From assembly GCA_021819825.1 (NCBI GenBank), contig JAKAEZ010000011.1:6209-70208 (forward strand): 64,000 nt of DNA, given 5' to 3'. How positions within the stretch are numbered: the first letter of the stretch is position 1; each line of letters begins with the position of its first letter. The notes under the pieces were generated by a model, which was not told the DNA's origin, ran no database searches, and saw only the letters and a list, made by a program, of their open reading frames with translations. Positions 1 through 9,642 of this stretch are shown here, one piece after another. A program made the translations under genes and the position numbers. The stretch is from Planctomycetota bacterium (GTDB lineage Bacteria; Planctomycetota; Phycisphaerae; WQYP01).

Positions 1-242
1 TCCGCCGGCTCAAGCACGACTAACTTGCGGCTGGAAAACATGCCAAAGGTCCGGCATTCATCCAGTAATGCTGTGACGGACACATTGGGTTCCATACGAA
101 TGTATCCCGCGTCCATGGAAGACTCATCCAGAGCCGTCCGCCGTATTCGCCCCAGCCACTGGCGGCGCAAGTACGCCTCACTTCCCGCCAGCACCATGAC
201 CGGATGTATCTGAATTTTAGATTCGCTGATCTTCGCTGCCAT
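1..242 (-). CDS. holA: DNA polymerase III delta subunit, N-terminal 80 codons; the gene continues beyond the left edge
   Basis: Not in the ORF track because no stop lies in the window. Hand translation of the minus strand from the ATG at 242 gives MAAKISESKIQIHPVMVLAGSEAYLRRQWLGRIRRTALDESSMDAGYIRMEPNVSVTALLDECRTFGMFSSRKLVVLEPA. The pattern LxGxExYL ... LLDExxTxxxFSxRKLVVL is typical of HolA N-termini. By-eye call only. Confidence 0.5.
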   Translation of the reverse strand, partial: MAAKISESKIQIHPVMVLAGSEAYLRRQWLGRIRRTALDESSMDAGYIRMEPNVSVTALLDECRTFGMFSSRKLVVLEPA

Positions 243-562
243 GATGGTATGTTACGTGCGGATACCATAAATGCCAACACGCTTTATAGGCTCAATGTTA
301 TGTTGTATCCGATCCGTCATGCCGCGCAAATGGTGTACGACTGCGCGCAGTGAAAGTGCTATGATCCCCTTATTATTTTGCTTTAGAATCCGCCGTGACC
401 CCTTGTCCGCCAAATATCCTGCCGGCTCCGGATTTGGTAATGCGCGGGCGAAATATACCCTACAATTTGCGATCTCCAGGCGCTGGGATTATGCTTCCAA
501 CGTGTAAAAGGAAAATTTGAAAAGCCACGGCCATCGATCCTCAAAGTTCACGGCCTTGAGAA

Positions 563-3500
563 ATGGGCAGGAGACACGCATTGCAGGTTAATGGTGAGCA
601 ACTCCAAGAGGTGTTGAAGCTTTACGATGCGGGTCAATACCTTCAGGCTTATGAGCGGGGATGCAGCCTGGCACCCTTGCCACAGTGGAAAGGCGTTGCC
701 GGGCGGATCATGGCGGGCCGGCTGGCGGGAAATCTGGGTGGGGGGAAGATGGGAATAGTCTTGCACTATTTAGCCTATCGCGAACATCCCGATGAACCGG
801 AGGCCTGGTATTATTATGCGTTTGTGATTTTAGGTTGGCGCGGCCCCCTGGAAGCGTGGCAATTTCTTCGCGACCATTCGATGCCCCATAGTGCGTCACT
901 GGAATTGCAGGCACATTGGTACGCCATAAAAGCTCGAATTCTGGGAACGATGCGCGACTTTAAAGGCGCACACCGCATGCTGGCCGCCGCTGAAGAGATG
1001 CATCCGGATGATGCGTGGCTTGCCGTGGAGCATAGCAGCGTATTGGAGCGGGAGGATCGCTATGATGAGGCTCTGTCTGTAATCATGCGGGGATTGGAGA
1101 TTCGTCCATGGTACCGGCCCGCGGTACAGTCCGCGGCCCATTTGATGCAATTGTTGGATCAGGAAGATCAGTCGCTGGAGCTTTTGCGACAGGCAACGGC
1201 GCGAAATCAAAGTATGGCCCTGGTATTGCAATTGGCCGCCTTGCAAACCGAAATGCGCCTCTATCCGGAAGCCCGGTTGAACTATTCTCGGGCTATTGAA
1301 TTGTCCCCGCTGATGGACAGACAAGTACGTGACTGGCTTTACGGAATGCAGTCGGACGCCGCCTATTTTTGCGCCGATTATTCCGCCGCCGTCGATCTGG
1401 CGGAAAAATCTAAAAATCGTTTCTATCAGAAAATTGCCGCTAAATTAAAATCCGCTGAGAAAGATGGCAAGCGGGTCATGTTGCCGGTGGGTTTTGTACG
1501 GCAACATCACCTGACGTGCGGACCGGCGGTGGTGGCCTGCCTCGGGCGATTCTGGCAAAAGCCGGTGGATCAGCAGACGCTGGCAAAAGAAATCTGTTAC
1601 GACGGCACGCCCAATCACGCACTGCGGCAATGGGCCAATGAGCACGGTTGGCTGGTACGCGAATTTCGCGTGACATGGGAGGCCGCCAAGTCGCTTATTG
1701 ACCGGGGCATACCCTTTGCGATTTCTACGGTGGAGCCTGGCAACGCCCATCTGCAGGCCGTTATCGGCTACGATGATCTGCGCGGAACATTGATAATTCG
1801 CGATCCCTATATTCGTCCTGTGGTCGAATTTGTCTCGGATATCACGCTGGAACGCTACGCCTCGACCGGGCCGCTGGGAATTGTACTGGTCCCGGAGGAG
1901 AAAAAGCAGCTTCTGGATCAAGTCAGCTTGTGCGACGAATCGCTTTATGATCAACTTCACGCCCTGAATGCCGCATTACACCGACATGATCGTGATGCCG
2001 CCTGTGCGGCCTGTGCCAACCTGCGGGCCTCGGCACCGGAACACCGCCTGACGCTTACGGCCCAACAGGCTATTGCCGCGTACGATGCCGATCCCGTGGC
2101 GCTGCTTGATTGTTATGAGAAACTTCTTGCCCTGTTTCCGGCGGATTCCGGACTGTTGATCGCGAAGCTGCAATGCCTGAAGACTTTGGCGCGTCGGGAT
2201 CAACGCATCGACATGCTTGGAACAATATGCGCCTCTTCAACCGCGCATCCGATATTCCGGGAGATGTATGCCAAGGAATTGATGCATGACGCGCGCCAAC
2301 ACACCGCGGTCCGCCGGATGTTGCGCCGGGTCATTCGAGCAATGCCGCTGGCCGCCAATGCCTATTCGGATTTGGCCTCCATATTCTGGGAGCAGCGCCG
2401 CTTTGAGGGGTCTGTGGAACTTTATCGGTTCGCGTGCTGCCTCGACGATAAAAATGAGGACTTTGCGCGTTCTTATTTTGTCGCTTGTCGGCACTTTAAG
2501 CAGGAATCCGACGTGCTGGAAATGCTCAGGGAGCGATTTAAGCAATTCGGTGCCACGACCGGGCGTCCGGCCGAAATGCTGTTTTGGGCCTTGGACGCAT
2601 TGGATCGCACCACTGAGGCTTTCGCCCTGCTGGACGAGGCCCTTGGCTTACGCCCAGAAGATGGATCGCTGTTGCTGCTGGCCGCCGACAACAATGCTCG
2701 CCACGGCCGATTAACCCAGGCGGAGGCCTGCATGGCACGAGCCAAAGGGCTTTGTGCGGAACGTGAATGGTTGCGGGTAGCAGCGGATATGGTGCTCTAC
2801 AAAGGTGACCCGCGCGAGGCTCTCGGACTGTGGCAAAAAATTGTGGACGCCGAACCCCTGGCAATGGACGCTCTGCGCAGGGTGACAGAACTGTTGGTAC
2901 AAAGCGTTGGCACCCAGGCTGCCGAGTCCTATCTGGATGCCCATTGCGCCCGGTTTCCGCACCACTATCCTCTTCTGCAGTTGCGGGTCATCTGGTTCCG
3001 GGATCAACTGCCGCACCGTTATGAAGCGGCGGTTCGACAATTAATACACTTGCATCCGCAGGACGGCTGGTCGCGTCGGGAACTGGTGGCGGCCCTGCTG
3101 GCTTTGCAGCAGTTTGACCAGGCCGCCGCCGAGGCGGAAATGGCCCTGACGTTGGAGCCTAACAATCCCGCGGGGCATTACTATTCCGGGTTGGTGACTT
3201 TACGGCGCGGAAATCCGTCCGAGGCGGTGGCCGCGTTCAAGCGGGCAATCACACTGTCGGTCGACTACACCCCGGCCATTCATGAGTTGCTGGCCAGTGA
3301 AAATTCTCCGGCCCAACGGAAGGCCGCTCTGGCGTTTGTACATGCCGAGATTGTCCGCCAGACGATTTTTGGGGAATGTCTCACAGCGTATCGCGAGCAG
3401 GCCGCGCAAATACTTGATGCCGACGAGGTGCTTGCGTCCCTTCAGGCCGCACTGCGGGCACGACCGGATTTATGGCAAGCCTGGTCCGGTGTAACGCTGC

Positions 3501-5554
3501 AACTCACGCAGATGGGAAAACTTGATGACGCCCAACGCCATGGCTGTGCCGCTGTGGAAAAGTTCAGCCTGTTGCCCGCACTGTGGCTGGATTTGGCCGG
3601 GGTGTATCGGGCGATGGCGGATGCGGATCGTGAGCAAAGCGCATTGCGGCAGGCGCTGGAGATTAATCGATGCTGGAGCGTTCCCGCCCGGCAACTCGCC
3701 GCGCTGCATATTCGCGCTGGTGATCTGGTGAGTGCCCGAACCGTGTTGGAAGAAATTATTTCCCGCAGCCCCTTCGACGTGCGAAATCAGGGCATGCTGG
3801 CCGATGTGCTTTGGCGAATGGGAGTGCGGCAAAAAGCGATCCAGCAATTACAGCAGGCGTTGGAGCGTGAACCAAACTACCCCTGGGGCTGGGACGCACT
3901 TAGAAATTGGAGCCGCGAACTCAATGAACCGGACGCTCCCCTGGCGTTAGCCCGGCGACTTACGGTCAGTCACGGCGGTGACAGCCGCATGTGGCTGAAT
4001 CTGGCACACATGCTGTATCTGCCCGAACAACAGGAAGAACGGATGGCCGCTTATCATCGGGCCATCGCGGCTGATTCGCGTTGTGCCGAGGCCTACGATG
4101 AACTCGCCACCGCATTGGCCGAAGCGGGGCGTCTGGAAGAAGCGCTGGCGGCATGTCACCCCGCGGTATTCAACGGCGATATACCGTTCGAGTTGCGCGG
4201 TCGCGCCGCTTGGATTCAGTACCAGCGGGGAAACCGTCATCAGGCCATTGAGGATATGGCAGCCCTGACCCGCGAGTCGCCCCGTTATTTCTGGGGAATC
4301 TGTCGCCTGGCGGATTGGTATCAGGTCGCCGGCGATAAAAACCAATATCTTCGCACCGCTGAAACGCTCGTTCGCACGTGGCCCGTCAGTGCCGTGGCAC
4401 ATGGCTATCTCGGTGATGCGCAGCGCGGAAAAGGTGCCATACCGGAAGCGCACAAAAGTTTCCAACGCGCTGTGGAGCTGGATGCCGCCTATACCTTCGC
4501 CATTGAGAACCTTCTGGAAATGGATTTGGCGGCCGGTAACGTTTCCGATGCGGCAAAATGGGAAAAGCAACTGGAGCAACACGCCACCGCCGAACGCTCC
4601 GCCCTGGCCCGGCTGCAAATTGCCGCCGCACGCAAGGATAAGAAAATGGCGATGGTTGAACTCCAGGCGTTGTGCCGGATATCTTCCGCCCCAACCTGGA
4701 TGCTCGAGCGGGCGCTGGACGTGCTGGTTGGAAAAAAATGGAGTGATTCAATCGGATATTACGTCCGTGGCGCGTTGGATCACGATGATTGCAACCCGCG
4801 GATCAGTGAAGTGTGTGTACGTTGCCTGGCGCGGCATCGGCAGTGGAAACTGTGCCGAGCGTTCGTCGCCTCTTTAGATACGCGCACCGATAATTTTCGC
4901 CCAGCCATGCTCGAATTTATTCAACAGATTGTCAACAGCAATAACTTCGCGATGCTCGGATGGCTTATTCGTCGTTACCACAAGGTATTGCATGAAAATA
5001 CAGCGTTATGGGGAAAAATTGGCTATGCCTTGAAACGTTTTGGTCGTCATCGCAGGATTATCAGGTGGATGCGGGATTGGCGCCAACGCCCGGACGTAAA
5101 AGCATGGATGCTGGGCAACCTTGCCGCAACGTACCGCGCTATGGGCAGCCGGGCTAAGGCCACGGAGGTTAGTACATTCGCCATGAAAATCGACGGGGAT
5201 CCCGCGGACCGCACGATCCATGCCCTGTGGCTGGCTGCGGACGCCGCCGTTCTTAAGCGACTCGACAGCGCCCAGGCGTGGTTATCACAAGCCGGCATCT
5301 CGCCCAACAGTCCGCCGCATCACCAGTTTATTCAAGCGATCACGGACGCCGCGCTGCAGCGGCTCCGTGAACCGACAACACCCTTCTCCAGTACGAAGGC
5401 GCAAATGGCCGCGGCCATCAAATTATATCCCGCGTTTCGCAAAACCCGTGAAATAAAATTCCTCTATTGCCAAATTCTCACGCGAATTTCCAGATCAAGC
5501 AGTGGTCTTTCCGGTATGATATGGTGCTGGCGGCAGATAGTTCGCGCGCTTTAA
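563..5554 (+). CDS. 1663-aa TPR-repeat protein with an embedded C39-like (papain-fold) cysteine peptidase domain
   Basis: This is the longest uninterrupted ORF in the region. It has many TPR-like helical repeats (A/Y/L periodicity, e.g. ..AEAYDELATALAEAGRLEEALAA..). All antisense ORFs over it are short and compositionally odd. Confidence 0.8.
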   Translation: MGRRHALQVNGEQLQEVLKLYDAGQYLQAYERGCSLAPLPQWKGVAGRIMAGRLAGNLGGGKMGIVLHYLAYREHPDEPEAWYYYAFVILGWRGPLEAWQFLRDHSMPHSASLELQAHWYAIKARILGTMRDFKGAHRMLAAAEEMHPDDAWLAVEHSSVLEREDRYDEALSVIMRGLEIRPWYRPAVQSAAHLMQLLDQEDQSLELLRQATARNQSMALVLQLAALQTEMRLYPEARLNYSRAIELSPLMDRQVRDWLYGMQSDAAYFCADYSAAVDLAEKSKNRFYQKIAAKLKSAEKDGKRVMLPVGFVRQHHLTCGPAVVACLGRFWQKPVDQQTLAKEICYDGTPNHALRQWANEHGWLVREFRVTWEAAKSLIDRGIPFAISTVEPGNAHLQAVIGYDDLRGTLIIRDPYIRPVVEFVSDITLERYASTGPLGIVLVPEEKKQLLDQVSLCDESLYDQLHALNAALHRHDRDAACAACANLRASAPEHRLTLTAQQAIAAYDADPVALLDCYEKLLALFPADSGLLIAKLQCLKTLARRDQRIDMLGTICASSTAHPIFREMYAKELMHDARQHTAVRRMLRRVIRAMPLAANAYSDLASIFWEQRRFEGSVELYRFACCLDDKNEDFARSYFVACRHFKQESDVLEMLRERFKQFGATTGRPAEMLFWALDALDRTTEAFALLDEALGLRPEDGSLLLLAADNNARHGRLTQAEACMARAKGLCAEREWLRVAADMVLYKGDPREALGLWQKIVDAEPLAMDALRRVTELLVQSVGTQAAESYLDAHCARFPHHYPLLQLRVIWFRDQLPHRYEAAVRQLIHLHPQDGWSRRELVAALLALQQFDQAAAEAEMALTLEPNNPAGHYYSGLVTLRRGNPSEAVAAFKRAITLSVDYTPAIHELLASENSPAQRKAALAFVHAEIVRQTIFGECLTAYREQAAQILDADEVLASLQAALRARPDLWQAWSGVTLQLTQMGKLDDAQRHGCAAVEKFSLLPALWLDLAGVYRAMADADREQSALRQALEINRCWSVPARQLAALHIRAGDLVSARTVLEEIISRSPFDVRNQGMLADVLWRMGVRQKAIQQLQQALEREPNYPWGWDALRNWSRELNEPDAPLALARRLTVSHGGDSRMWLNLAHMLYLPEQQEERMAAYHRAIAADSRCAEAYDELATALAEAGRLEEALAACHPAVFNGDIPFELRGRAAWIQYQRGNRHQAIEDMAALTRESPRYFWGICRLADWYQVAGDKNQYLRTAETLVRTWPVSAVAHGYLGDAQRGKGAIPEAHKSFQRAVELDAAYTFAIENLLEMDLAAGNVSDAAKWEKQLEQHATAERSALARLQIAAARKDKKMAMVELQALCRISSAPTWMLERALDVLVGKKWSDSIGYYVRGALDHDDCNPRISEVCVRCLARHRQWKLCRAFVASLDTRTDNFRPAMLEFIQQIVNSNNFAMLGWLIRRYHKVLHENTALWGKIGYALKRFGRHRRIIRWMRDWRQRPDVKAWMLGNLAATYRAMGSRAKATEVSTFAMKIDGDPADRTIHALWLAADAAVLKRLDSAQAWLSQAGISPNSPPHHQFIQAITDAALQRLREPTTPFSSTKAQMAAAIKLYPAFRKTREIKFLYCQILTRISRSSSGLSGMIWCWRQIVRAL
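1475..1912 (+). other. C39-like cysteine peptidase core inside the TPR protein
   Basis: The segment VGFVRQHHLTCGPAVVACLGRFW...GNAHLQAVIGYDDLRGTLIIRDPY carries Gln313 (1499-1501), Cys319 (1517-1519), His396 (1748-1750) and Asp414 (1802-1804). Their spacing and context match Peptidase_C39 / C39_2 (Q-x5-CG ... H-x-x-V-x-GYD ... I-x-DP). Confidence 0.6.
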
Positions 5555-5593
5555 GCGGCAAACTGCAAAAGGCCGGCGTGGCAGTGAGGCGGT

Positions 5594-6424
5594 ATGAAAA
5601 TACATGGCGTATCTGATCTGATCACAAACCTTCACGGCGGCTCTGGAAACCTCTTAGGCCGGAGCGGGCATAGGATCGCTGTGGCCGTTTTTGGCCTCTT
5701 GACGTTTGTGTTGCTTCCCGGCGGGGCAACGCTTATTGCCCGACCAAGTGCCCCGGGGGCCGCCAATGGGGAACTGGTAAGGACGCTCGCCGCGATGAGA
5801 TTCGTGAAATCAATTCAGTCAGCATTTTTGTGCGAAAAGAAGTTGCGGGTGCTTCGGAAGCCCTTTTTCAGCAAGGGAATTATTACCATCGCCCGGCCCA
5901 GGCAGGTTCGCTTTGAAACGATTTGGCCCTATCGCTCGTGCTATATTCTTAATAAGCGACATATTGACATGCGTAATGAATCTAATTCGCATTGGCGCAC
6001 CGGGTCGGTGGATTCGCAGCCGGCGATCGGGATGATGATGCGGCAATTCGCGGCCTGGTCTTTGGGAAACATTGGTAAAGTCAGCCGGAAATATCAGGTC
6101 AGCGTGCGGCGTGCCACGCGTCGGGTCCCACAGGATGCTCCCGCCGGCTCCCCGTCGAGTAACCATAAGCCAACACGCTTAACACTTGAACTCTTTACTT
6201 TGCGCCCGCTTAGCGGAGTGCTCAAAGAAGCTATCCATGAGATTCAGCTTGGTTTTGCCACGTCAGCGGGCCAGGGTGCCGCGCGGCGGCAAGCCGCCGC
6301 TAAGCCATTAAAATATATCCGTATTGTGGCAAAAAATGGGGATCAAAGCATCTTCTGGTTGCGCCGCACGCAACTGAATCCGCAATTAAGGCCGCAGTGT
6401 TTTGCGCCGGTAGGGCCGCCATGA
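5594..6424 (+). CDS. LolA-like (outer-membrane lipoprotein carrier-like) protein with an N-terminal hydrophobic signal/anchor
   Basis: The segment FVKSIQSAFLCEKKLRVLRKPFFSKGIITIARPRQVRFETIWPYRSCYILNKRHIDM fits the LolA-like pattern F-x-Q...L..P..S.G.......R.....P. Its TGA overlaps the next ATG (ATGA at 6421-6424). Confidence 0.5.
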   Translation: MKIHGVSDLITNLHGGSGNLLGRSGHRIAVAVFGLLTFVLLPGGATLIARPSAPGAANGELVRTLAAMRFVKSIQSAFLCEKKLRVLRKPFFSKGIITIARPRQVRFETIWPYRSCYILNKRHIDMRNESNSHWRTGSVDSQPAIGMMMRQFAAWSLGNIGKVSRKYQVSVRRATRRVPQDAPAGSPSSNHKPTRLTLELFTLRPLSGVLKEAIHEIQLGFATSAGQGAARRQAAAKPLKYIRIVAKNGDQSIFWLRRTQLNPQLRPQCFAPVGPP

Positions 6425-9400
6425 GCGAACCGACTAGCCAAAGCGAGGCGAGCGCTTCCGGTACTAAGCCTGATCCACTTGCGCGATGGATGATCTGGTG
6501 GTATGGACGATTGCAGGCTCACCGAATTGTTTTAAGCGTGGTGCTTTTGATTCTTGGCGTGCTGCTGTTTGCCGCGTCGCGAAACATCGTGTGGCAGACC
6601 AGTCTGCTGAGTTTTTTTTCCTCGCACAGCGCCGCGATTCATGATGTGCGACTGTCCGAGGATCGTAACGGTTTGGCCGATGCCATGCGGTTGGACGTGC
6701 ATTTTGCTTCGGGGCGAAAAGGGAATTTAGGCCTCGCGGTGCGATTGCTGGCGCAAGACCTGAAAAACTCCCACGTGTTTTCCAAACTTTGGTACGGCGC
6801 GCCGGTATCGCAGCAACTCAAAGTACAGGCGGATTTACAGAATATCGCGCCAATTCTCCTTACACGGCCGCAATTCATTACGCTTCGCCATCGGTTGTCC
6901 GCACACTGGCTGGATCATTATTTTCACCGGCAAGTGCGGAAAATGGCGGGACCGGCCGGGCAAATGGTTGCCGCGGAATTGCAGGCTGATCCATTGGATA
7001 TGCGGCAACTGCTGCTGGCGCAATTTAAATCCGTTCATGCGGGGGCGGGATCACACTTTTCCGGCCCGCTGCTGGTGAGCAGCAATGGCCGCCACGCGAT
7101 GATGATCCTGGTGCCTCCCTTCAGACCGGAGAATGTCGCGGCGTCTGAAAAAATGCTCGGCACCATTCGCTCTGCGATTGGTTCGGTAAAAAAGCACATG
7201 CCCGCTTTACGCGTCTGGATCGTGGGGCCTTATCGTAATTTTGTTGAGAATCAACGGCTGGTGAAGCGTGATCTGAAAATGATTTCAATGGTCGGATCGC
7301 TGCTGGTGGCCGGGGTTATCGCGTGGTATTTCCGGCGCATCGGTTCGGTGGTTCTCTGCATGATTCCGCCCATGATGGGGCTGGGTGCCGCATTGGGCCT
7401 TGCGGGTCTATTGAGCCTGCATATTCCGCTCATCGTTCTGGGGTTTGATGGCCTGCTGTGCGGAGCCACGACCGATTACGGCATACAGCTTATTGCGGCA
7501 CTGCAGCGGCAGGCCGATCAGGTTGGGCACTACCGGGCGGATATGCCGGCTTTAGCGGCCAGAGATCTATTTGGTCCCATATCCATGAGTGTATGTACCA
7601 GCATGACGGGCTACGGAGCACTGGCCGCCAGTTCAGCCCCGGGGTTGCGGACGTTGGGACTTTTTATCGCCGGTGCCACCGGCTGTATCTGGCTGGTAAC
7701 TTTTCTGGTTTTGCCGGCTTATCTGGGAGCCTGGGTAAGCTGTCCCCGGGGGCACACACTCAAGCCGCTTTGCAACGCCGCACACGTGGGCCGGCACCGA
7801 TTAATTAAGCCATTGGGACTGCTTGGTTTTGCCTTGATAACGCTTTGGCTTGGCAGTCGGGCACTGGCGGTGGGTTTTACGGCTAACGGGCAATCCTTAG
7901 ATGGTTCGTCCGCGGCCCTTAAACATGACGAGGCCGAATTTTCCTCTGTGTGGGGGCATTTGCGGCAATCAGGTGTGATTACAATTCACCAGGCGTCCGC
8001 GGACGGGGCCTTAACGGAACTGCACACGTTTGATCACCTGCTTGGCGTGCTCCAAGCTAAACGATTAATTGCGGGGTATACCACGGCCGCGGCCATTCTT
8101 CCCGATACCCATCTCGCGCAACGGCGATTAACCGCGTGGCGGTCATTTTTTACGTCTGAACAAATAGAGCATGACCGGGCGCTCCTGGCGCATGCCGCCT
8201 TAGCCAATGGCTTGCGGGCTAGCGCGTTTCAAGGCGCATTAAAGTCCTGGCAGGTGGCGCAGCGTGCTCCCTCCGCGTTGCATCGGTTACAGCAATCACC
8301 GGCAACTTTGTTTCCCGGCGTAATTAATATTCGCCCGCATGACATTTCCATTTCTTCAACCGTGCAACTTAATACATCTCTGTCGCCAAAGCTTGCCACG
8401 CGATGGGCTGCCGATGTACGGCATGATGTTCCCGGCGTTTCCATCATTTGCGGGCAGGTGCTGTATCTGAACGCATCGCATCATGCCCAGTTGGAAGCCA
8501 GGCGATTATTCCCCTGGGTGACACTGTTTATTTTAATTCCCATGTGGATTTATTTTCGGCGGCTGGATATTGCGGCGATCGCCGCACTTTCCCTGGGCAT
8601 CGGTTTTATCTGGCTGTTGGGCGTAGCGCAGTGGTGGGGAGGCGGCTTAAACCTTCTTTGTCTGGTACCAATACTTTTTACCATGGGGGTGGCTGTGGAT
8701 TATGGCATCTATGCCGCCAGCGATCCATCTCTGCGGCCCGGCGGCGGCATGATGCAAAATCGGAATTCCGCGACATTCCTTTGCGCCGCAACCACGATTC
8801 TGGGCACAGCGGCAATGATTCTGGCAAGTCACCCTGTTCTGCATTGGATTGGTATGACGCTGACGGCTGGAATTCTGGGCGGGTATCTGGCGAGTTATTT
8901 TGTCGTGGGACCCCTGGTAAGGATTGTTCTTAATCCACCGGCAGCGCCCAAACGCAGAGGGATTTACCTGAAGATATTAAATGCGTGGCGAATCATCGTG
9001 GTGCTGGCGATGGTGATGCTGGTGATCGGTCTATTGGCAGGCTGTTGCAATGTGCGACCGCCGCGGGCCTATCGCCCTCCCATGGCTCCCGCGCCAACCA
9101 CGGCGGCGGCACATCGCGCATTGTCGAAATTTCCACGACGATGGGATCGGCAATTTTTTGCAGCACTGGACTGGCGCGGTCATCGCGTAAGCATGATCGG
9201 CAGAATAAAAGGAAACTCGCCAGGCACGCTGCGCGTTACGTGTGCGTCAGAATTTGGAACACTGCTTTGTGACGTGCGAGTGGCGGCAAACCGTTGTCAG
9301 GTCCTGCACAAGGCCGCGGCATTTCCGAAGGCTCTGGCACGGCATATTGGGGTGGATACCGCCTTGGCGCTGCGCTTGCCTGTAGCGGCGGCATTACGGT

Positions 9401-9627
9401 TGAAACATTTTCGTCGTGGCACGCACTTACTTTCCGGAACTCTTCATCAGACATGTTATATATTTGCCGGGCCGGCTGGAAAGTTGCGGGGTTGTCATCT
9501 GCGCCAGTCGCGACAGAACTTTGAAATGCAATATTTGCACTATCAGCGTGGCTATGTTCCGCACAAGGTAATTATCTGGGATGCTGGCGATTGTTTACTG
9601 TTGACTATAAACTTTGATGCGAAATAG
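6421..9627 (+). CDS. MMPL/RND-superfamily predicted exporter fused to a C-terminal lipoprotein-like domain of about 190 aa
   Basis: The protein has two bundles of about 6 TM helices separated by large soluble loops, which is MMPL/COG4258-like topology. The C-terminal part begins with KRRGIYLKILNAWRIIVVLAMVMLVIGLLAGCC, a lipoprotein-signal-like segment. The start is set at ATG 6421, which overlaps the upstream stop. The ORF track starts this ORF at 6397. Confidence 0.7.
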   Translation: MSEPTSQSEASASGTKPDPLARWMIWWYGRLQAHRIVLSVVLLILGVLLFAASRNIVWQTSLLSFFSSHSAAIHDVRLSEDRNGLADAMRLDVHFASGRKGNLGLAVRLLAQDLKNSHVFSKLWYGAPVSQQLKVQADLQNIAPILLTRPQFITLRHRLSAHWLDHYFHRQVRKMAGPAGQMVAAELQADPLDMRQLLLAQFKSVHAGAGSHFSGPLLVSSNGRHAMMILVPPFRPENVAASEKMLGTIRSAIGSVKKHMPALRVWIVGPYRNFVENQRLVKRDLKMISMVGSLLVAGVIAWYFRRIGSVVLCMIPPMMGLGAALGLAGLLSLHIPLIVLGFDGLLCGATTDYGIQLIAALQRQADQVGHYRADMPALAARDLFGPISMSVCTSMTGYGALAASSAPGLRTLGLFIAGATGCIWLVTFLVLPAYLGAWVSCPRGHTLKPLCNAAHVGRHRLIKPLGLLGFALITLWLGSRALAVGFTANGQSLDGSSAALKHDEAEFSSVWGHLRQSGVITIHQASADGALTELHTFDHLLGVLQAKRLIAGYTTAAAILPDTHLAQRRLTAWRSFFTSEQIEHDRALLAHAALANGLRASAFQGALKSWQVAQRAPSALHRLQQSPATLFPGVINIRPHDISISSTVQLNTSLSPKLATRWAADVRHDVPGVSIICGQVLYLNASHHAQLEARRLFPWVTLFILIPMWIYFRRLDIAAIAALSLGIGFIWLLGVAQWWGGGLNLLCLVPILFTMGVAVDYGIYAASDPSLRPGGGMMQNRNSATFLCAATTILGTAAMILASHPVLHWIGMTLTAGILGGYLASYFVVGPLVRIVLNPPAAPKRRGIYLKILNAWRIIVVLAMVMLVIGLLAGCCNVRPPRAYRPPMAPAPTTAAAHRALSKFPRRWDRQFFAALDWRGHRVSMIGRIKGNSPGTLRVTCASEFGTLLCDVRVAANRCQVLHKAAAFPKALARHIGVDTALALRLPVAAALRLKHFRRGTHLLSGTLHQTCYIFAGPAGKLRGCHLRQSRQNFEMQYLHYQRGYVPHKVIIWDAGDCLLLTINFDAK

Positions 9628-9642
9628 TATGAGGGACACCCT

